The notes: a model not told the origin generated them from the sequence alone. DNA of 64,000 bases from Oopsacas minuta (GCA_024704765.1 JAKMXF010000210.1:620001-684000); one strand, 5' to 3'. Shown: positions 10,701 through 20,844, numbered from the stretch's first letter. Translations and numbers: made by a program.

Positions 10701-13076
10701 TCCCCTGTATGGCACAGATTACCACACCTCCTCTCAGTGTTAGCTGCTTCAACTCGTAACAAAAATTCTGATATCTTGACCCTATCTACTGGACTCATGT
10801 CTATAAAAGTATCACATACCTATCCGCTAGCTAGTTACTATGCAGTATGTAATGCTAGAGAGCAGGACTGTACAGGATCACTACCTCTAATACAGTTCTC
10901 TCAAGCTCTGTTTGATTCTTATAACAGCTGGGGTTGTTATGATCCAGATTGTATCATAGAATCTAATAGATTTGAATCTGTAGAATGCTCTGGTGTAGTC
11001 ATAACTACTTCTCAACTGGATAAACAATCCTACCTCCTACCTAATGAATATTCTACTCAGGTTCTGTCTAATATCCTGTCAGTTAGTCTATTACATCCTG
11101 CTACTTACCAACAGCTAGATGTGACAAATGTCAGTATAACCCTTCAGATTGGTATAGTCCCTTCTACCTACTTGTGTGCATTATGGAGTAGTTCTACTCT
11201 TGAGTGGGATACTAGCATGTGTGATACCTTCCCTATAGATAACTCAACTGTCAGTTGTCAATGTAAGACCTCTGGTACTGTAGCAGTAGTTACTACCTGT
11301 CCTGCAGGAAGCTATGGTTCCTTATGTTTTGACATTTGTCCACATGGTTTATGGGGAGACAAATGCACAGAGACTTGTGTTTGCTCTGAGAACTCTAATT
11401 GTCTTCCAATAGACGGATTCTGTGACTGCTTTCCTGGCTACATTGACTCAGGATGTTATACACAGTGCAATGAGTGGATGTATGGAAAATATTGTACAGA
11501 GACTTGTGATTGCTACGGAGTTAATAGCATCAGTTGTAATCACATTAGTGGAGAGTGTGATTGTAAAATAGGGTTCAGAGGTGACGATTGTGCCACTACT
11601 TGTTACCCTGGTACATGGGGGTACATGTGTGCCGAGGAGTGTACCTGTCAAAGCACTGGAGGATGTGATTTTATAGATGGTACATGTATTTGTGAAGCAG
11701 GCTACACTGGAATAGATTGTGGTACTCCTTGCTCTTTATGGAAGTTTGGTTATGACTGTGCTTATAACTGTACTTGTGATATAGATCATACCACCATATG
11801 TAGGTCTACGGATGGGGTGTGTATCTGTAACTCCTCGTATATAGGAGCTAATTGTGGTACATTACTTGTAGTTACAGAGGATCCTATTGATCCTATGATT
11901 ATTATCGTGGGTATTGTCATTATAGTGGTTGTGGTTATAATTGTTGTTATTATCCTTATCTGTGTGGTAGTCTTGATTGTGATCTGTTGCAAGAAGAGGA
12001 ATAGAAGAGTGGTAGCTATTTCTCCTGATAAAGTTCCTTTATACTACTACAAACCTGATTGGAGTAGACATTCACAAGAGAGACTTAGTCCTATCTCCAA
12101 TAAACAGGTTGATTATCAAGAATTCGTGTCTACTAAGGTGGAGAGTGAGGTGCTAGTTTCCGGTGGGAGGAAGGATAGTGATTCAATGTTAGAAGAGGAG
12201 GATTACTGGTATTTTATAGAGGTTGTAATTGTAGATGACAGAGATTGCTGGAGACCTAACTCACAGAAGGGTACCTCACAAGCCTCTGAGACACCCTTCC
12301 AAGTACCTGAGAGACCTGAGATCGGTATGCTGTCTCTATCAGGACGGTACTCAAATGAAGGGAAATATGACAATATGTTTGATAAGTTTCCAGAGCCTGT
12401 CTTGCTACCGAGAGAAGGCAATACCCTAACAGATTTAAGAGAAGCATTCGTGGATTCTGGATTGTGGTTAGGCGGACCTTTTCAGTTCTTGAAAAAGAAC
12501 ATAGCTTACATGTTTATATCGTTAGCTAACGAGGATGACTGCGAATTGTCTGCTCTGGAAGATAACAAAATATACATACAACGAGTCAAAGATGAGGATG
12601 CAGTTATGATGGAGCTTTGTGTGTGTGGGAGAGTATCGCAGTTTGACTGTCAGTGCGGGATAAGAGGTTACTGTGGAGAAGACTGTCAGACAAAAGACTG
12701 GGATGAACATCTTCCTCTGTGCTTAAAAGCGCAGAATGTTGAGGATGATGCTAACATGTCGCTTAATGTGACAATGGCTAATAGCTTGGATAACTATCTT
12801 ATAGAAGAGTCATCGCAACCAGCTGATATAAAATTAGCTCAAAGCTCTCATTTAGAGCAGATAGGAGAGAGTGATCAAGAAGGAGAGGCTATTCCTCTAC
12901 CCCCTTCTCCTATTCATGTCCTCCCTAAGGTACATGAGAAACCATCTTTCCCAGATATGGAGGAGGTACCTGTAACTAAATCTGAAGTTGATCTGCTTGA
13001 TACTAATCCTAAGACAGATGAGGTTGTGGTTATTGATGTACATGAAGACAAGAGACGACGCTTTGTTACTGACTAG
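7719..13076 (+). CDS. Single-pass receptor, 1785 aa: signal peptide, IPT/TIG, REJ/PKD-like region, GPS-like motif, laminin-type EGF repeats (MEGF10/11-like), TM, cytoplasmic MYND-like zinc finger
   Basis: Single-exon ORF. IPT: ITRINPLSGPTSGGTVVSVWGTGF. REJ-like: LIIDGSGSFDP...LTYSWTC. GPS-like: CALW...W...C...SCQC (~11170-11290). Repeats CxxGxWGxxCxxxCxC (~11295-11870). Hydrophobic TM ~11895-11990. YCGEDCQTKDWDEHLPLC at 12618-12722. Confidence 0.75.
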   Translation: MKLVILIILCLIITTSLSIEITRINPLSGPTSGGTVVSVWGTGFIGGAGGAVCYWQGEGGNFGASSDITANINDSYLECTLPSLETIDSFQRISVGKDYVEIDFYISHNQTLSANSFSFIFFNLSRLYVTNLSPQEGLYTQSQDVTFSVHNLYYTDELVCILLQGIYPITGVTLGSIDVVTCQIPSVSYSRREQVFLSLNGDVFGIIPPAVDNSLYFIFYNDAPEVVVSYSTSLTLLFLNFDREVETGGRDQVNSNLPPDCALLFTELSLNQLGSDAVCNWDNYHQRRLVIELTHLTSLRGVSRIFYTSTQSIRTRYAAYSYILEDSSPILQDNTLPIPALHTYSHIPTCGSMEFNAISSQLGGSQDLVASWSVSADDQVAEQLISEFTSQSGLQWSLPVSLFESAVTYTVNLSLNNFIDNSIVYSIFLTESPADLPSVIIHSHIPGTLYTHRDTLILVTVDIPVCLSITHSPLSFSWTLSNPVTSPLTSSLPVLFIPANMLNMSNQITYTLSDGNKSLTSLFSIDLTLGDPVALILGGDIRTHYLEEDLIIDGSGSFDPSQHSLTYSWTCVDTEGLTPCEDNNNNLLITQDSNKQYMFEQVKLRESVIQFSLVVVTSDSRISATSYLTVHISSSTPDLIYFNPISYLRVPVNQLTLVTGWVRSSSPLNTLLISTEKDVVDDQYYYDYSPDLEVEYISFISLPSLYQLPYDSIYLPTMRLTQFSFLIPLIYLATRQKFRLMASLSCDSISTAIAKMDILIDSAPHLGGITHSSYMNNGVEVYSMIASGWIDTPSALPLKYRYGIRQESEVHWLTPSTTLSQLDTPLLCSISGELPLILEVENSIGSVVLYPYEIFISTHDDVIGALDKVKQKLVYGYNVMSGLSIVSSIIYFYKIEEQLIPTDIADTLWVYIMSAYWSILPQERSFTRHVIFLITEFILQVNIPSATQTEEIFDVLEHSLTSVISCSVDISDRGITTQLFNNTFAAIAKLDTPDSPVWHRLPHLLSVLAASTRNKNSDILTLSTGLMSIKVSHTYPLASYYAVCNAREQDCTGSLPLIQFSQALFDSYNSWGCYDPDCIIESNRFESVECSGVVITTSQLDKQSYLLPNEYSTQVLSNILSVSLLHPATYQQLDVTNVSITLQIGIVPSTYLCALWSSSTLEWDTSMCDTFPIDNSTVSCQCKTSGTVAVVTTCPAGSYGSLCFDICPHGLWGDKCTETCVCSENSNCLPIDGFCDCFPGYIDSGCYTQCNEWMYGKYCTETCDCYGVNSISCNHISGECDCKIGFRGDDCATTCYPGTWGYMCAEECTCQSTGGCDFIDGTCICEAGYTGIDCGTPCSLWKFGYDCAYNCTCDIDHTTICRSTDGVCICNSSYIGANCGTLLVVTEDPIDPMIIIVGIVIIVVVVIIVVIILICVVVLIVICCKKRNRRVVAISPDKVPLYYYKPDWSRHSQERLSPISNKQVDYQEFVSTKVESEVLVSGGRKDSDSMLEEEDYWYFIEVVIVDDRDCWRPNSQKGTSQASETPFQVPERPEIGMLSLSGRYSNEGKYDNMFDKFPEPVLLPREGNTLTDLREAFVDSGLWLGGPFQFLKKNIAYMFISLANEDDCELSALEDNKIYIQRVKDEDAVMMELCVCGRVSQFDCQCGIRGYCGEDCQTKDWDEHLPLCLKAQNVEDDANMSLNVTMANSLDNYLIEESSQPADIKLAQSSHLEQIGESDQEGEAIPLPPSPIHVLPKVHEKPSFPDMEEVPVTKSEVDLLDTNPKTDEVVVIDVHEDKRRRFVTD

Positions 13077-13211
13077 AGAGAATCAAAAGTAACAACTAAT
13101 TATACTTTTATTTGATAATTTTATCTTCTTTTTATTATTTTGTAAGGTTGTATTGGATTTATAATTAACTACGGGGGAATTAGCTAGTGATACAAACTTA
13201 TAATATTAGAT

Positions 13212-14297
13212 ATGAGTTCTGAGAAGGGATCATGGTTAGAATCTAAAGAAGGTCCAAAACGTAGTTTACAGGCCGAGAAGGCGTGGTCATCTGTCGCATT
13301 CCAACAGCACCTCGATAAGCAATACAAAATTAATCTGTCTGTATCTAAAATTAATAATAAACAGGCTAGAACTAAGATCACACGCTATAACAATAGTACC
13401 AATAGAACTACATCCCGATCACTAGTGAATGCTAAATCAGCTGTAAATAATGATAATACTCCTGATTCGGAGGAGGAGTACTCCTTATCAGATCTACATG
13501 CCCAGGAACTGTCATTAGCACAAAAACTGGGACTAGTAGAGCGTCCTCCCTCTCTCCTTACAGAGGAGCAGTGGGCGGAAATAAAAGGAGTTTCCAACGC
13601 TAGACTAGACTCTGCTAACCCCTGTCCTATTTGTAAGGATCAATTCAATCTCCATGCTCAGTTGTTACTCTCATGCTCTCACATATTCCATAAGAGCTGC
13701 ATAGAGAGTTATGAGAGGTTTGTACAGCAAAAAATCTGTCCTGTTTGTAGATGTACTGAGTATCAGGCTAGAGTAGTATTTGAGGGCGCTAAGTACACTA
13801 GAGATAGAGCTGCTGTACTGATACAGTCCTGCTGGAGAGGTTACAGAGCTAAATTAGAGTATAGGAAACTACAGGATCTAAATCCTCCAAAACACCCCTC
13901 ACTTAGGAAGAAATTCTTTACACACAAACTAGCTACACTTACTGACCAGTATATGCAACAATGTGTCAAACGTGAACACGAAATAGACAGTTTTATTGAA
14001 GAGCTAGACGGCACCCTAAACTATAGCAGGAAGACTTTAGCTAGCTTTGACCAGTACCTGAATAATTTAGAACCTAGTCAGTGGGTAGTAATCAGAGATA
14101 AGGCAATGAGTAGAGGGGAGCAGGAGTGTCCTATTTGTCTCACACCGCTCTTCCATTCTAAGGAAGTTGTTCTCTTGTCATGTTCTCACTTATTTCACAC
14201 TCCCTGTCTAGATTCATTCGAACAGTTTGCAATCTTCACGCCGTTTGCATGCCCTGTCTGCAGAAGCACTTACCAGAAGATACAAGTCACTGAATAA
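13212..14297 (+). CDS. RNF32: RING finger protein 32 (RING-IQ-RING)
   Basis: LSLAQKLGLV motif, two RING-H2 domains (CPIC...LLSCSHIFH...C...CPVCR) flanking an IQ motif (AAVLIQSCWRGYRAK). Confidence 0.9.
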   Translation: MSSEKGSWLESKEGPKRSLQAEKAWSSVAFQQHLDKQYKINLSVSKINNKQARTKITRYNNSTNRTTSRSLVNAKSAVNNDNTPDSEEEYSLSDLHAQELSLAQKLGLVERPPSLLTEEQWAEIKGVSNARLDSANPCPICKDQFNLHAQLLLSCSHIFHKSCIESYERFVQQKICPVCRCTEYQARVVFEGAKYTRDRAAVLIQSCWRGYRAKLEYRKLQDLNPPKHPSLRKKFFTHKLATLTDQYMQQCVKREHEIDSFIEELDGTLNYSRKTLASFDQYLNNLEPSQWVVIRDKAMSRGEQECPICLTPLFHSKEVVLLSCSHLFHTPCLDSFEQFAIFTPFACPVCRSTYQKIQVTE

Positions 14298-14412
14298 TGT
14301 TGTGTAGCATCAATATCCTACCTATCACATTCTTATTAGGCACTTGTATAAATTCTATACTTCTATTATATTACAAACTGATTTATCAACTTTACATATT
14401 CAGAATTCAATT

Positions 14413-14778
14413 ATGTTAACAACTAGATTAGCTATTTCCCTTCAGAGAACTAAAGGTTTTCAAAAGCTTCCTAAACACTTGCGATCATATCTCCTCACTC
14501 CTGCAGGTCCTCTGACCATATTTTTCTGGGCTCCTGCTTTCAAATGGGCACTAGTAATCGCTGGGATTGCTGACCTGGCTAGACCAGTAGAAAAGATAAG
14601 TTCTACTCAATCGACAGCTCTAGCTGCTACAGGGTTTATCTGGTCTAGATACTCATTCGTCATTATTCCTAAGAATTGGCTGCTATTTACAGTCAATATA
14701 TTTGTTGGTATAACTGGGCTTACCCAGCTATCTCGTGTCTATGTCTACAGACAATCACTCAAACACAAAGATTCTTAG
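14413..14778 (+). CDS. MPC2: Mitochondrial pyruvate carrier 2
   Basis: PAGPLTIFFWAPAFKWALVIAGIADLARPVEKIS...QSTALAATGFIWSRYSFVIIPKNW. First ATG is at 14413. Confidence 0.93.
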   Translation: MLTTRLAISLQRTKGFQKLPKHLRSYLLTPAGPLTIFFWAPAFKWALVIAGIADLARPVEKISSTQSTALAATGFIWSRYSFVIIPKNWLLFTVNIFVGITGLTQLSRVYVYRQSLKHKDS

Positions 14779-15022
14779 AACAGATCTTATATAAAATACG
14801 AAAGTAAAGTGCGGGTATATATCACAGTTTTTGCATGCGCATATTATATAATTTATTGATGTAATCATTCATTCGCCAATATGTTTGTTTCCTCACGTTG
14901 TAGAATCTGTAGAAATATTATTAAACTAGTCCATATGTAGAATCTTTCCAACTACTACTATGTGATAAAACACTTTATTTCATCCACTATTAGCAGCAGT
15001 TAAGACTCATCAGCTGATAGAT

Positions 15023-16689
15023 ATGTCTACTTGGCTGAGACTGCTAAACAGCTGGAAGTTACAAACTCGCTTCACACTCCTAAATCATATCAATTGTATA
15101 AGGTATTCTAGTAGAATATCAGATGAGTTATTAGATAAGGCTAGATCTATTGTAGGAGATAATAACTTTACTATTTCAGAAGCTGCTAGACTACTGCATG
15201 GTAGAGATGAGAGTTATCACGTCCCCCTACCCCCTGACCTCATCCTTTTCCCTACTTCAACAAAACAGGTTTTCATATATAGCTATACTTATTTTATGAG
15301 CTAGTTTGTGTTATACAATCTTAGTCATATTTTAGGTGTCAGAAATCGCGAAACTTTGCACTATACACAAGATCCCTATGATTCCGTTTGGTACAGGCAC
15401 TGGACTGGAGGGGGGTGTGGGTGCTACCAGAGGAGGCGTGACGTTAAATATGACACGCATGGATCAAATATTAGAAGTTAGTACTGATGATCTATTCGCT
15501 ACTGTGAGACCAGGAGTTACTCGTAGTCGTCTTAACAACCACATACGGGATACTGGAATGTGGTTTCCTATTGATCCTGGAGCTGATGCTAGTCTATGTG
15601 GTATGGTGGTGACTAGCGCATCAGGGACTAATGCAGTGCGATACGGGACTATGAAGGAGAATGTTATTAATATGGAAGTAGTGCTGGCTAACGGTGACGT
15701 CATAAATACTTCAGGGACAGACTGTAGAGCTAAGAAGTCATCAGCTGGGTATAATCTCACTGGTCTATTTGTTGGTTAGTTAGACATAATAGATATATAA
15801 ATAATATGTATACTATAATTATGTGCTATAGGTTGTGAAGGTACGCTAGGAATTATGACAGCTGCTACATTAAGACTATATGGTATACCAGAGTCTGTGT
15901 CTAGTGCAGTATGCTCCTTCCCTTCAGTATATGATGCAATCAGTACTGCTACCATGGTAATACAAGCTGGTATACCTGTAGCTAGGTTAGAGTTCTTAGA
16001 TGATGTCATGATGTCTGCGTGTAACAAATATTCAGGTTTGTATAAATCATTATATTCCTGTGTAGCAGGCTATATTGAAATATTGTTATAGCTTATAAAT
16101 AGGATTGTCTTATGATGAAACAGCCTCTCTATTCCTTGAGTTCCATGGTTCTAGCAATTCTGTGGAAGAACAGGCAGAATTAGCCAAAGAAATTGCGAAA
16201 GATAACAACTCTGGAGAGTTCCAATGGACTACAGACCCAGAAGAGAGGAGCAGACTGTGGAAAGCTAGACACGATGCTCTATACGCATCAAAAGCCCTTC
16301 TACCTGGTTGTGAGGTATATATTACAGATGTATGTGTACCTATGTCTAATCTACCAGATGTTATAGTTAAGAGCAAACAGGCTATAAGTGAGTCAGGTTG
16401 TATAGCGCCTATTGTGGGACATGTAGGGGATGGTAATTTCCATTGCTGCTTCCTGCTGAAGCCTGGAGATAATGAGGAGCTTAAAAAGGTGAGAGAAATC
16501 GCGATGTGGATGGGTAGGCTAGCGATTAGTGCAAGAGGTACATGTACAGGGGAGCATGGGGTGGGTAGAGGTAAGATCCAGTTGGTACAGGAACAATACG
16601 GAGAGGATGGGATCAGTTTAATGAGGAACATTAAGTTTGCTCTTGATCCTGATAATATTATGAACCCTGGTAAAGTTATTACTTTATAA
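15023..16689 (+). CDS. LDHD: Mitochondrial D-lactate dehydrogenase (FAD-linked oxidase), 4 exons
   Basis: Exons 15023-15268, 15336-15774, 15832-16036, 16103-16689 join in frame at GT-AG. Motifs [55 protein letters not shown]. Confidence 0.93.
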
Positions 16690-16783
16690 TATAATACGTA
16701 TGCTGTTTCTTAGTTATATTATATGCTAGCTATATTTAATTATTATTATTATTATTGCATTATGCATTAGCTAGTTATAGTTA

Positions 16784-17731
16784 ATGGCAAATCGATTCCG
16801 TGCATTGAGTAATGATAGTCGTGACGTAAAAGAGAGCGGAATAAAGGTTAGAAACACACGTCACCCCACAGTCCCCTCTAATATAATCAGGTCAGGTTTC
16901 CTAACCAAACTGTCAGGAGGATTATTCAAGAGCTGGCAACGTAGATTCTTCGTATTAAATCCTCAATGTTTGAGTTATTTTAGAGATGAGAGAGAGGTCA
17001 GGGATCAGGGTAAAGAGCCATCTAAACGTCTATTCTTAAGTGATGTAAACTCTGTCACTGGAGAGTGTTCCGATTACAAACGATCCTTCCTTGTAGTTAT
17101 TAATCTTAACAAGGGCATGTGGGTTGTACAGGCTGCTAGTGTAGAGGATCAGGAGAAATGGATTGAAGTACTTATACATGCAATAGAGGCAGATAGAGCT
17201 GCTGAGCAGAACTGTCCTAAGAGGCTTAGCATGAAGAGAGTGAATGAAGATACCAAACGAGTACTGCTGGTTAAGGAAGAAGGGAGTATTGGCTGTACTG
17301 TTAAGAAAGCTGGAGAATTCTTAATTGTATCTAGAATTATTGAAGGTTCTTATATAGCTCGTACTGGTATACTCCGTCCTGATGATGAAATACTTGAGAT
17401 AGATGGAGATAGTGTTAAGAACAAGAGTATAGAGGAAGTAATAGATTTGATACGATCTGCTCCTGAGTCTATTCTAGCTACTATACGTCCATTTAGACCT
17501 ATACCTAGAGTACATGACACCTCTCCCTCTAGCTACACACAGGTAGCTCCTTTTTCTGTTGGAAAATCAAAGAGTGTCCCTTCAAGGGGTCCCTCCGCCT
17601 CTCTCCCTCCCATCCCCACAAACAGTTCTGTTCCCCTAAACTATGCTGATATAGACACGGAGAATTATTCAGCAGATGTACCATCTTTGTACTGTAACAT
17701 AGTTGTACCAGATGTAAAGAAGATTCTCTAA
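16784..17731 (+). CDS. PH + PDZ domain adaptor protein with a tyrosine-motif tail
   Basis: PH: GFLTKLSGGLFKSWQRRFFVL...EDQEKWIEVL. PDZ: IVSRIIEGSYIARTGILRPDDEILEIDG. Confidence 0.8.
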   Translation: MANRFRALSNDSRDVKESGIKVRNTRHPTVPSNIIRSGFLTKLSGGLFKSWQRRFFVLNPQCLSYFRDEREVRDQGKEPSKRLFLSDVNSVTGECSDYKRSFLVVINLNKGMWVVQAASVEDQEKWIEVLIHAIEADRAAEQNCPKRLSMKRVNEDTKRVLLVKEEGSIGCTVKKAGEFLIVSRIIEGSYIARTGILRPDDEILEIDGDSVKNKSIEEVIDLIRSAPESILATIRPFRPIPRVHDTSPSSYTQVAPFSVGKSKSVPSRGPSASLPPIPTNSSVPLNYADIDTENYSADVPSLYCNIVVPDVKKIL

Positions 17732-17936
17732 TTAATCAGAAATTATTCAATGTCATCCCTTTCCTTATTTGTTTATTTTCAGGTTGTGTTTGTATATTTA
17801 TATGTTTTGTTTTGATATTTTATTAGTTTATTTGATGGGTCTTTATGTCTCTACAGGAATAAGATAAATCCCCATGCAACATTAATTTATTGTAACAGCT
17901 GTTTTATACTATTTTGTTTTAACAAGTTATTTTGTA

Positions 17937-19280
17937 ATGCCAAAACGTAAGAAGCGGTCATTCTTCCTTCCAGTTAAAAGCTCAGATAAAGTGAAACAGT
18001 CTAAGGTAACTACTACTGCAGCAGGAGACCTGTCAGAAGAGATTGACAGTGACAACCTTTCAGATCTAGATACAGAGTCTAAGAGACAGGAAGACAAGAA
18101 GAAGGTGAAGAAACCTGAGTTAGTTTCTGAAGAGACTCCACAAGAGAAAAGACTAAGGCTAGCTAAACAGTACATCTCAGAACTGGGAGAGGTAGGGGAA
18201 CCTGATCATCTGGAGCAAGATGGATTTGACTCTATAGGAGAGAGACTACAGCAAGAAGCACTGGAGCAGAGCGGGAGATTGTACAGACAGCTGTCTGACG
18301 TCATAAGAATAGACCCTACACCATCACACTCTATGGGAGCACATAAAGGATCAATAACGGCATTAGTTCTATCTCCTGATGAGACTGTATTATTCTCTGC
18401 CTGTAAGGATGCTGTACTTATCAAATGGGACCTGAGAGCTGCTATTAGACTAACTACATTCAATGATCCTCATAGATCTAATATTAAGCAATATCATTCT
18501 AGTCGTATTCTATCTCTAGCAGTATCCTCAGATGGTAAGCTGCTAGCTAGCGGAGGAACAGAATGTAAAGTGGAGATATGGAATGTGTCCTCTTGTGAAC
18601 ATATTCACACCTTCTCTGGGCACAAAGGAGCCGTTACAGGACTCACATTTCGCAGAGGAAGTTGTGATCTATACAGTGCTTCTGTAGACAGGACTGTTAA
18701 GGTATGGAATGCGGAATCTCTCACGTATGTTGAGACCCTGTTCGGACATGAATCAGCTATCACTGGGATAGATAGTCTACACGCTGAGAGAGCTGTAACG
18801 TCTGGAGGTCTAGATAGGTCATTGAGGGTGTGGAAAATCGCAGAAGAAACACAGCTGTTGTATCAATCATCTACATCAGCTATTGACTGTATTAAGTTTG
18901 TCACTAAAGATATGTTCGTTGCTGGTTCACAAGATGGGTCTATATATCTGTGGGGTGTGACTAAGAAGAGACCTTTATTCGTACAGGAGAAAGCTCATGA
19001 AGGGTGGATATCATCTCTCTATGCTGTATCCAGCTCAGATGTTATTATATCAGGGTCTAATGATGGATATGTTAGAATATGGAAACTAGATCAAAGCAAG
19101 AAATCTCTTGAACTAATTCACTCACTACCTGTAACAGGGTTTGTGAATTCTATCCTGATGACGTATAATGGAGATAAGCTAATCATTGGAGCGGGGAGAG
19201 AGCATAGACTGGGGAGATGGTTTTGTGATAAATCAGCCAAGAATGTTATTTTAATTTTAGAATTTAATCAACAAACTTAG
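17937..19280 (+). CDS. RRP9: U3 snoRNA-associated WD40 protein RRP9 (U3-55K)
   Basis: ETPQEKRLRLAKQYI, WD40 repeats, YVETLFGH, ERAVTSGGLDRSLRVWKIAEETQL, GAGREHRLGRW. Confidence 0.92.
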   Translation: MPKRKKRSFFLPVKSSDKVKQSKVTTTAAGDLSEEIDSDNLSDLDTESKRQEDKKKVKKPELVSEETPQEKRLRLAKQYISELGEVGEPDHLEQDGFDSIGERLQQEALEQSGRLYRQLSDVIRIDPTPSHSMGAHKGSITALVLSPDETVLFSACKDAVLIKWDLRAAIRLTTFNDPHRSNIKQYHSSRILSLAVSSDGKLLASGGTECKVEIWNVSSCEHIHTFSGHKGAVTGLTFRRGSCDLYSASVDRTVKVWNAESLTYVETLFGHESAITGIDSLHAERAVTSGGLDRSLRVWKIAEETQLLYQSSTSAIDCIKFVTKDMFVAGSQDGSIYLWGVTKKRPLFVQEKAHEGWISSLYAVSSSDVIISGSNDGYVRIWKLDQSKKSLELIHSLPVTGFVNSILMTYNGDKLIIGAGREHRLGRWFCDKSAKNVILILEFNQQT

Positions 19281-19412
19281 AATCCATTCAATTTAGAATA
19301 ATTCTTATTTTTATTGACTCATTCTTACACATAAAATTTAGTGTTAAATATTACACATTTTTAAGCAGGTTATTTCTATAGAATTTAAAAGTACGAATTA
19401 ATTTGAACAAGA

Positions 19413-20147
19413 ATGGCAGCAAAGTCGTATTTGATACGAATCGAGCCTGAAAATGAAATCAAATTCATAGGTCCCTTCGTCAACACGATAAGCACTACTC
19501 TAAAGGTTACTAACATCACTGACAGGAAGGTGTTCTTCAAAATAAAGACAACTGCCCCTCGTTCCTACTGTGTGAGACCTAACAATGGTCTTGTGTCGCC
19601 TAATGAGGCGAGTACAGTCCAGGTGATGCTACAGCCATTTGAGTACAATGTTGACGACAAAGACAGGATGAAACATAAGTTCATGGTGCAATCTAGATAC
19701 GCCCCCGATGAAGCTACTGTTGCTGATAGTGACAACGCATTTAAGGACCTTCAAGCTGGAGTAGAGATATTCGATGCTAGACTAAAGTGTGTATTCGAAA
19801 TTCCTGCTAAATCAGATGACCACATATCATCTACAAACGATACTTCTGTTACTTCCCCTGAGAAACAGCCCAGTCAGGAGCCTATAGTCTCATCAGTGGG
19901 AGTATCATCACTTGGACGTGGTGGTTCTACAGAGGTAGATTCAACTAAAATAGCGGTTGAAATAGATACACTACGTAGACGTAATACAAGTCTATTGGAG
20001 GAGAATGCTAAGCTAAAGAAGTCTACATATGAGAACAGAGCTCGTGTTTCACAGACTCAGAAGCCTGCTAGTACATTCAGTCTCCTGAATATCCTCTTAG
20101 CTCTAATGATTCTAGTCCTGGGGTGGATTATAGGGAGGTCTTTCTAG
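19413..20147 (+). CDS. VAPB: Vesicle-associated membrane protein-associated protein (MSP, coiled coil, C-terminal TM)
   Basis: FKIKTTAPRSYCVRPNNG, VMLQPF, HKFMVQS, C-terminal hydrophobic anchor. VAPA and VAPB cannot be distinguished here. Confidence 0.88.
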   Translation: MAAKSYLIRIEPENEIKFIGPFVNTISTTLKVTNITDRKVFFKIKTTAPRSYCVRPNNGLVSPNEASTVQVMLQPFEYNVDDKDRMKHKFMVQSRYAPDEATVADSDNAFKDLQAGVEIFDARLKCVFEIPAKSDDHISSTNDTSVTSPEKQPSQEPIVSSVGVSSLGRGGSTEVDSTKIAVEIDTLRRRNTSLLEENAKLKKSTYENRARVSQTQKPASTFSLLNILLALMILVLGWIIGRSF

Positions 20148-20516
20148 CTCCTCTCCCCCTCAATGAATTTAGAGTTGAGATTGTTATTTTCTAGACTAAT
20201 AACGTTGTTGGGATGTTAGTCCTGTTGATATGTACGTGTACTCGTCTACGTAATTACTCTTTGTTTTGTACTTATTATGATATTATATTCTTAATACATG
20301 ATATTGTTTAGGAGTATAGTACACACGTTTATGGTTGTTATTTTATCCCAATTAGAATACTGTTTGTCCTATCATATCATCCCAGATTGTCCTTCTTAGT
20401 AAACAATTATTAGTCTTATTTATTCTGATTATTCTAATGTATTCCTGGATGGAAGGTTATTTTAGCGGGGTATAACTGTTATACTTCTAATAAATACATT
20501 GTTGTGTCAGTATTAG

Positions 20517-20747
20517 ATGGACGAATCCTCTTCTAACCTAGTAGATATCCCAGCTGATGGATACGTTAAGTTAAAAGGGTCTCAGCTAAAGGATTTGATT
20601 GAGTCTCTTCATAAATGTCCTTCTGTCTCTAAGGGCAAACCTGGAGATAGATTTGTTATAAAGAAGCGTAATGTTAAGAGTATTGATGTACAGTGTATGG
20701 ATTGTGATATGGAAGCTGAGATACCCATTGGGAGCGAGAATAGCTAA
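20517..20747 (+). CDS. Putative 76-aa small protein of unknown function with possible Zn-ribbon (HKCP...CMDC)
   Basis: ORF has coding-like composition between AT-rich spacers; TATTAG directly precedes the ATG; sits inside the co-directional gene run. Confidence 0.5.
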   Translation: MDESSSNLVDIPADGYVKLKGSQLKDLIESLHKCPSVSKGKPGDRFVIKKRNVKSIDVQCMDCDMEAEIPIGSENS

Positions 20748-20844
20748 CTATTTAATTGTTGTATTTATTAAACATATCCTCTTATTATCACTTAATACAT
20801 TGCTATTACTTTATTTATTATATTTTAGTTAGCAGTAGAGTAAC

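Noticed and set aside
15832-15852. LDHD motif GCEGTLG instead of GSEGTLG
   Set aside because: A single conservative change in an otherwise intact gene; not evidence of altered function.
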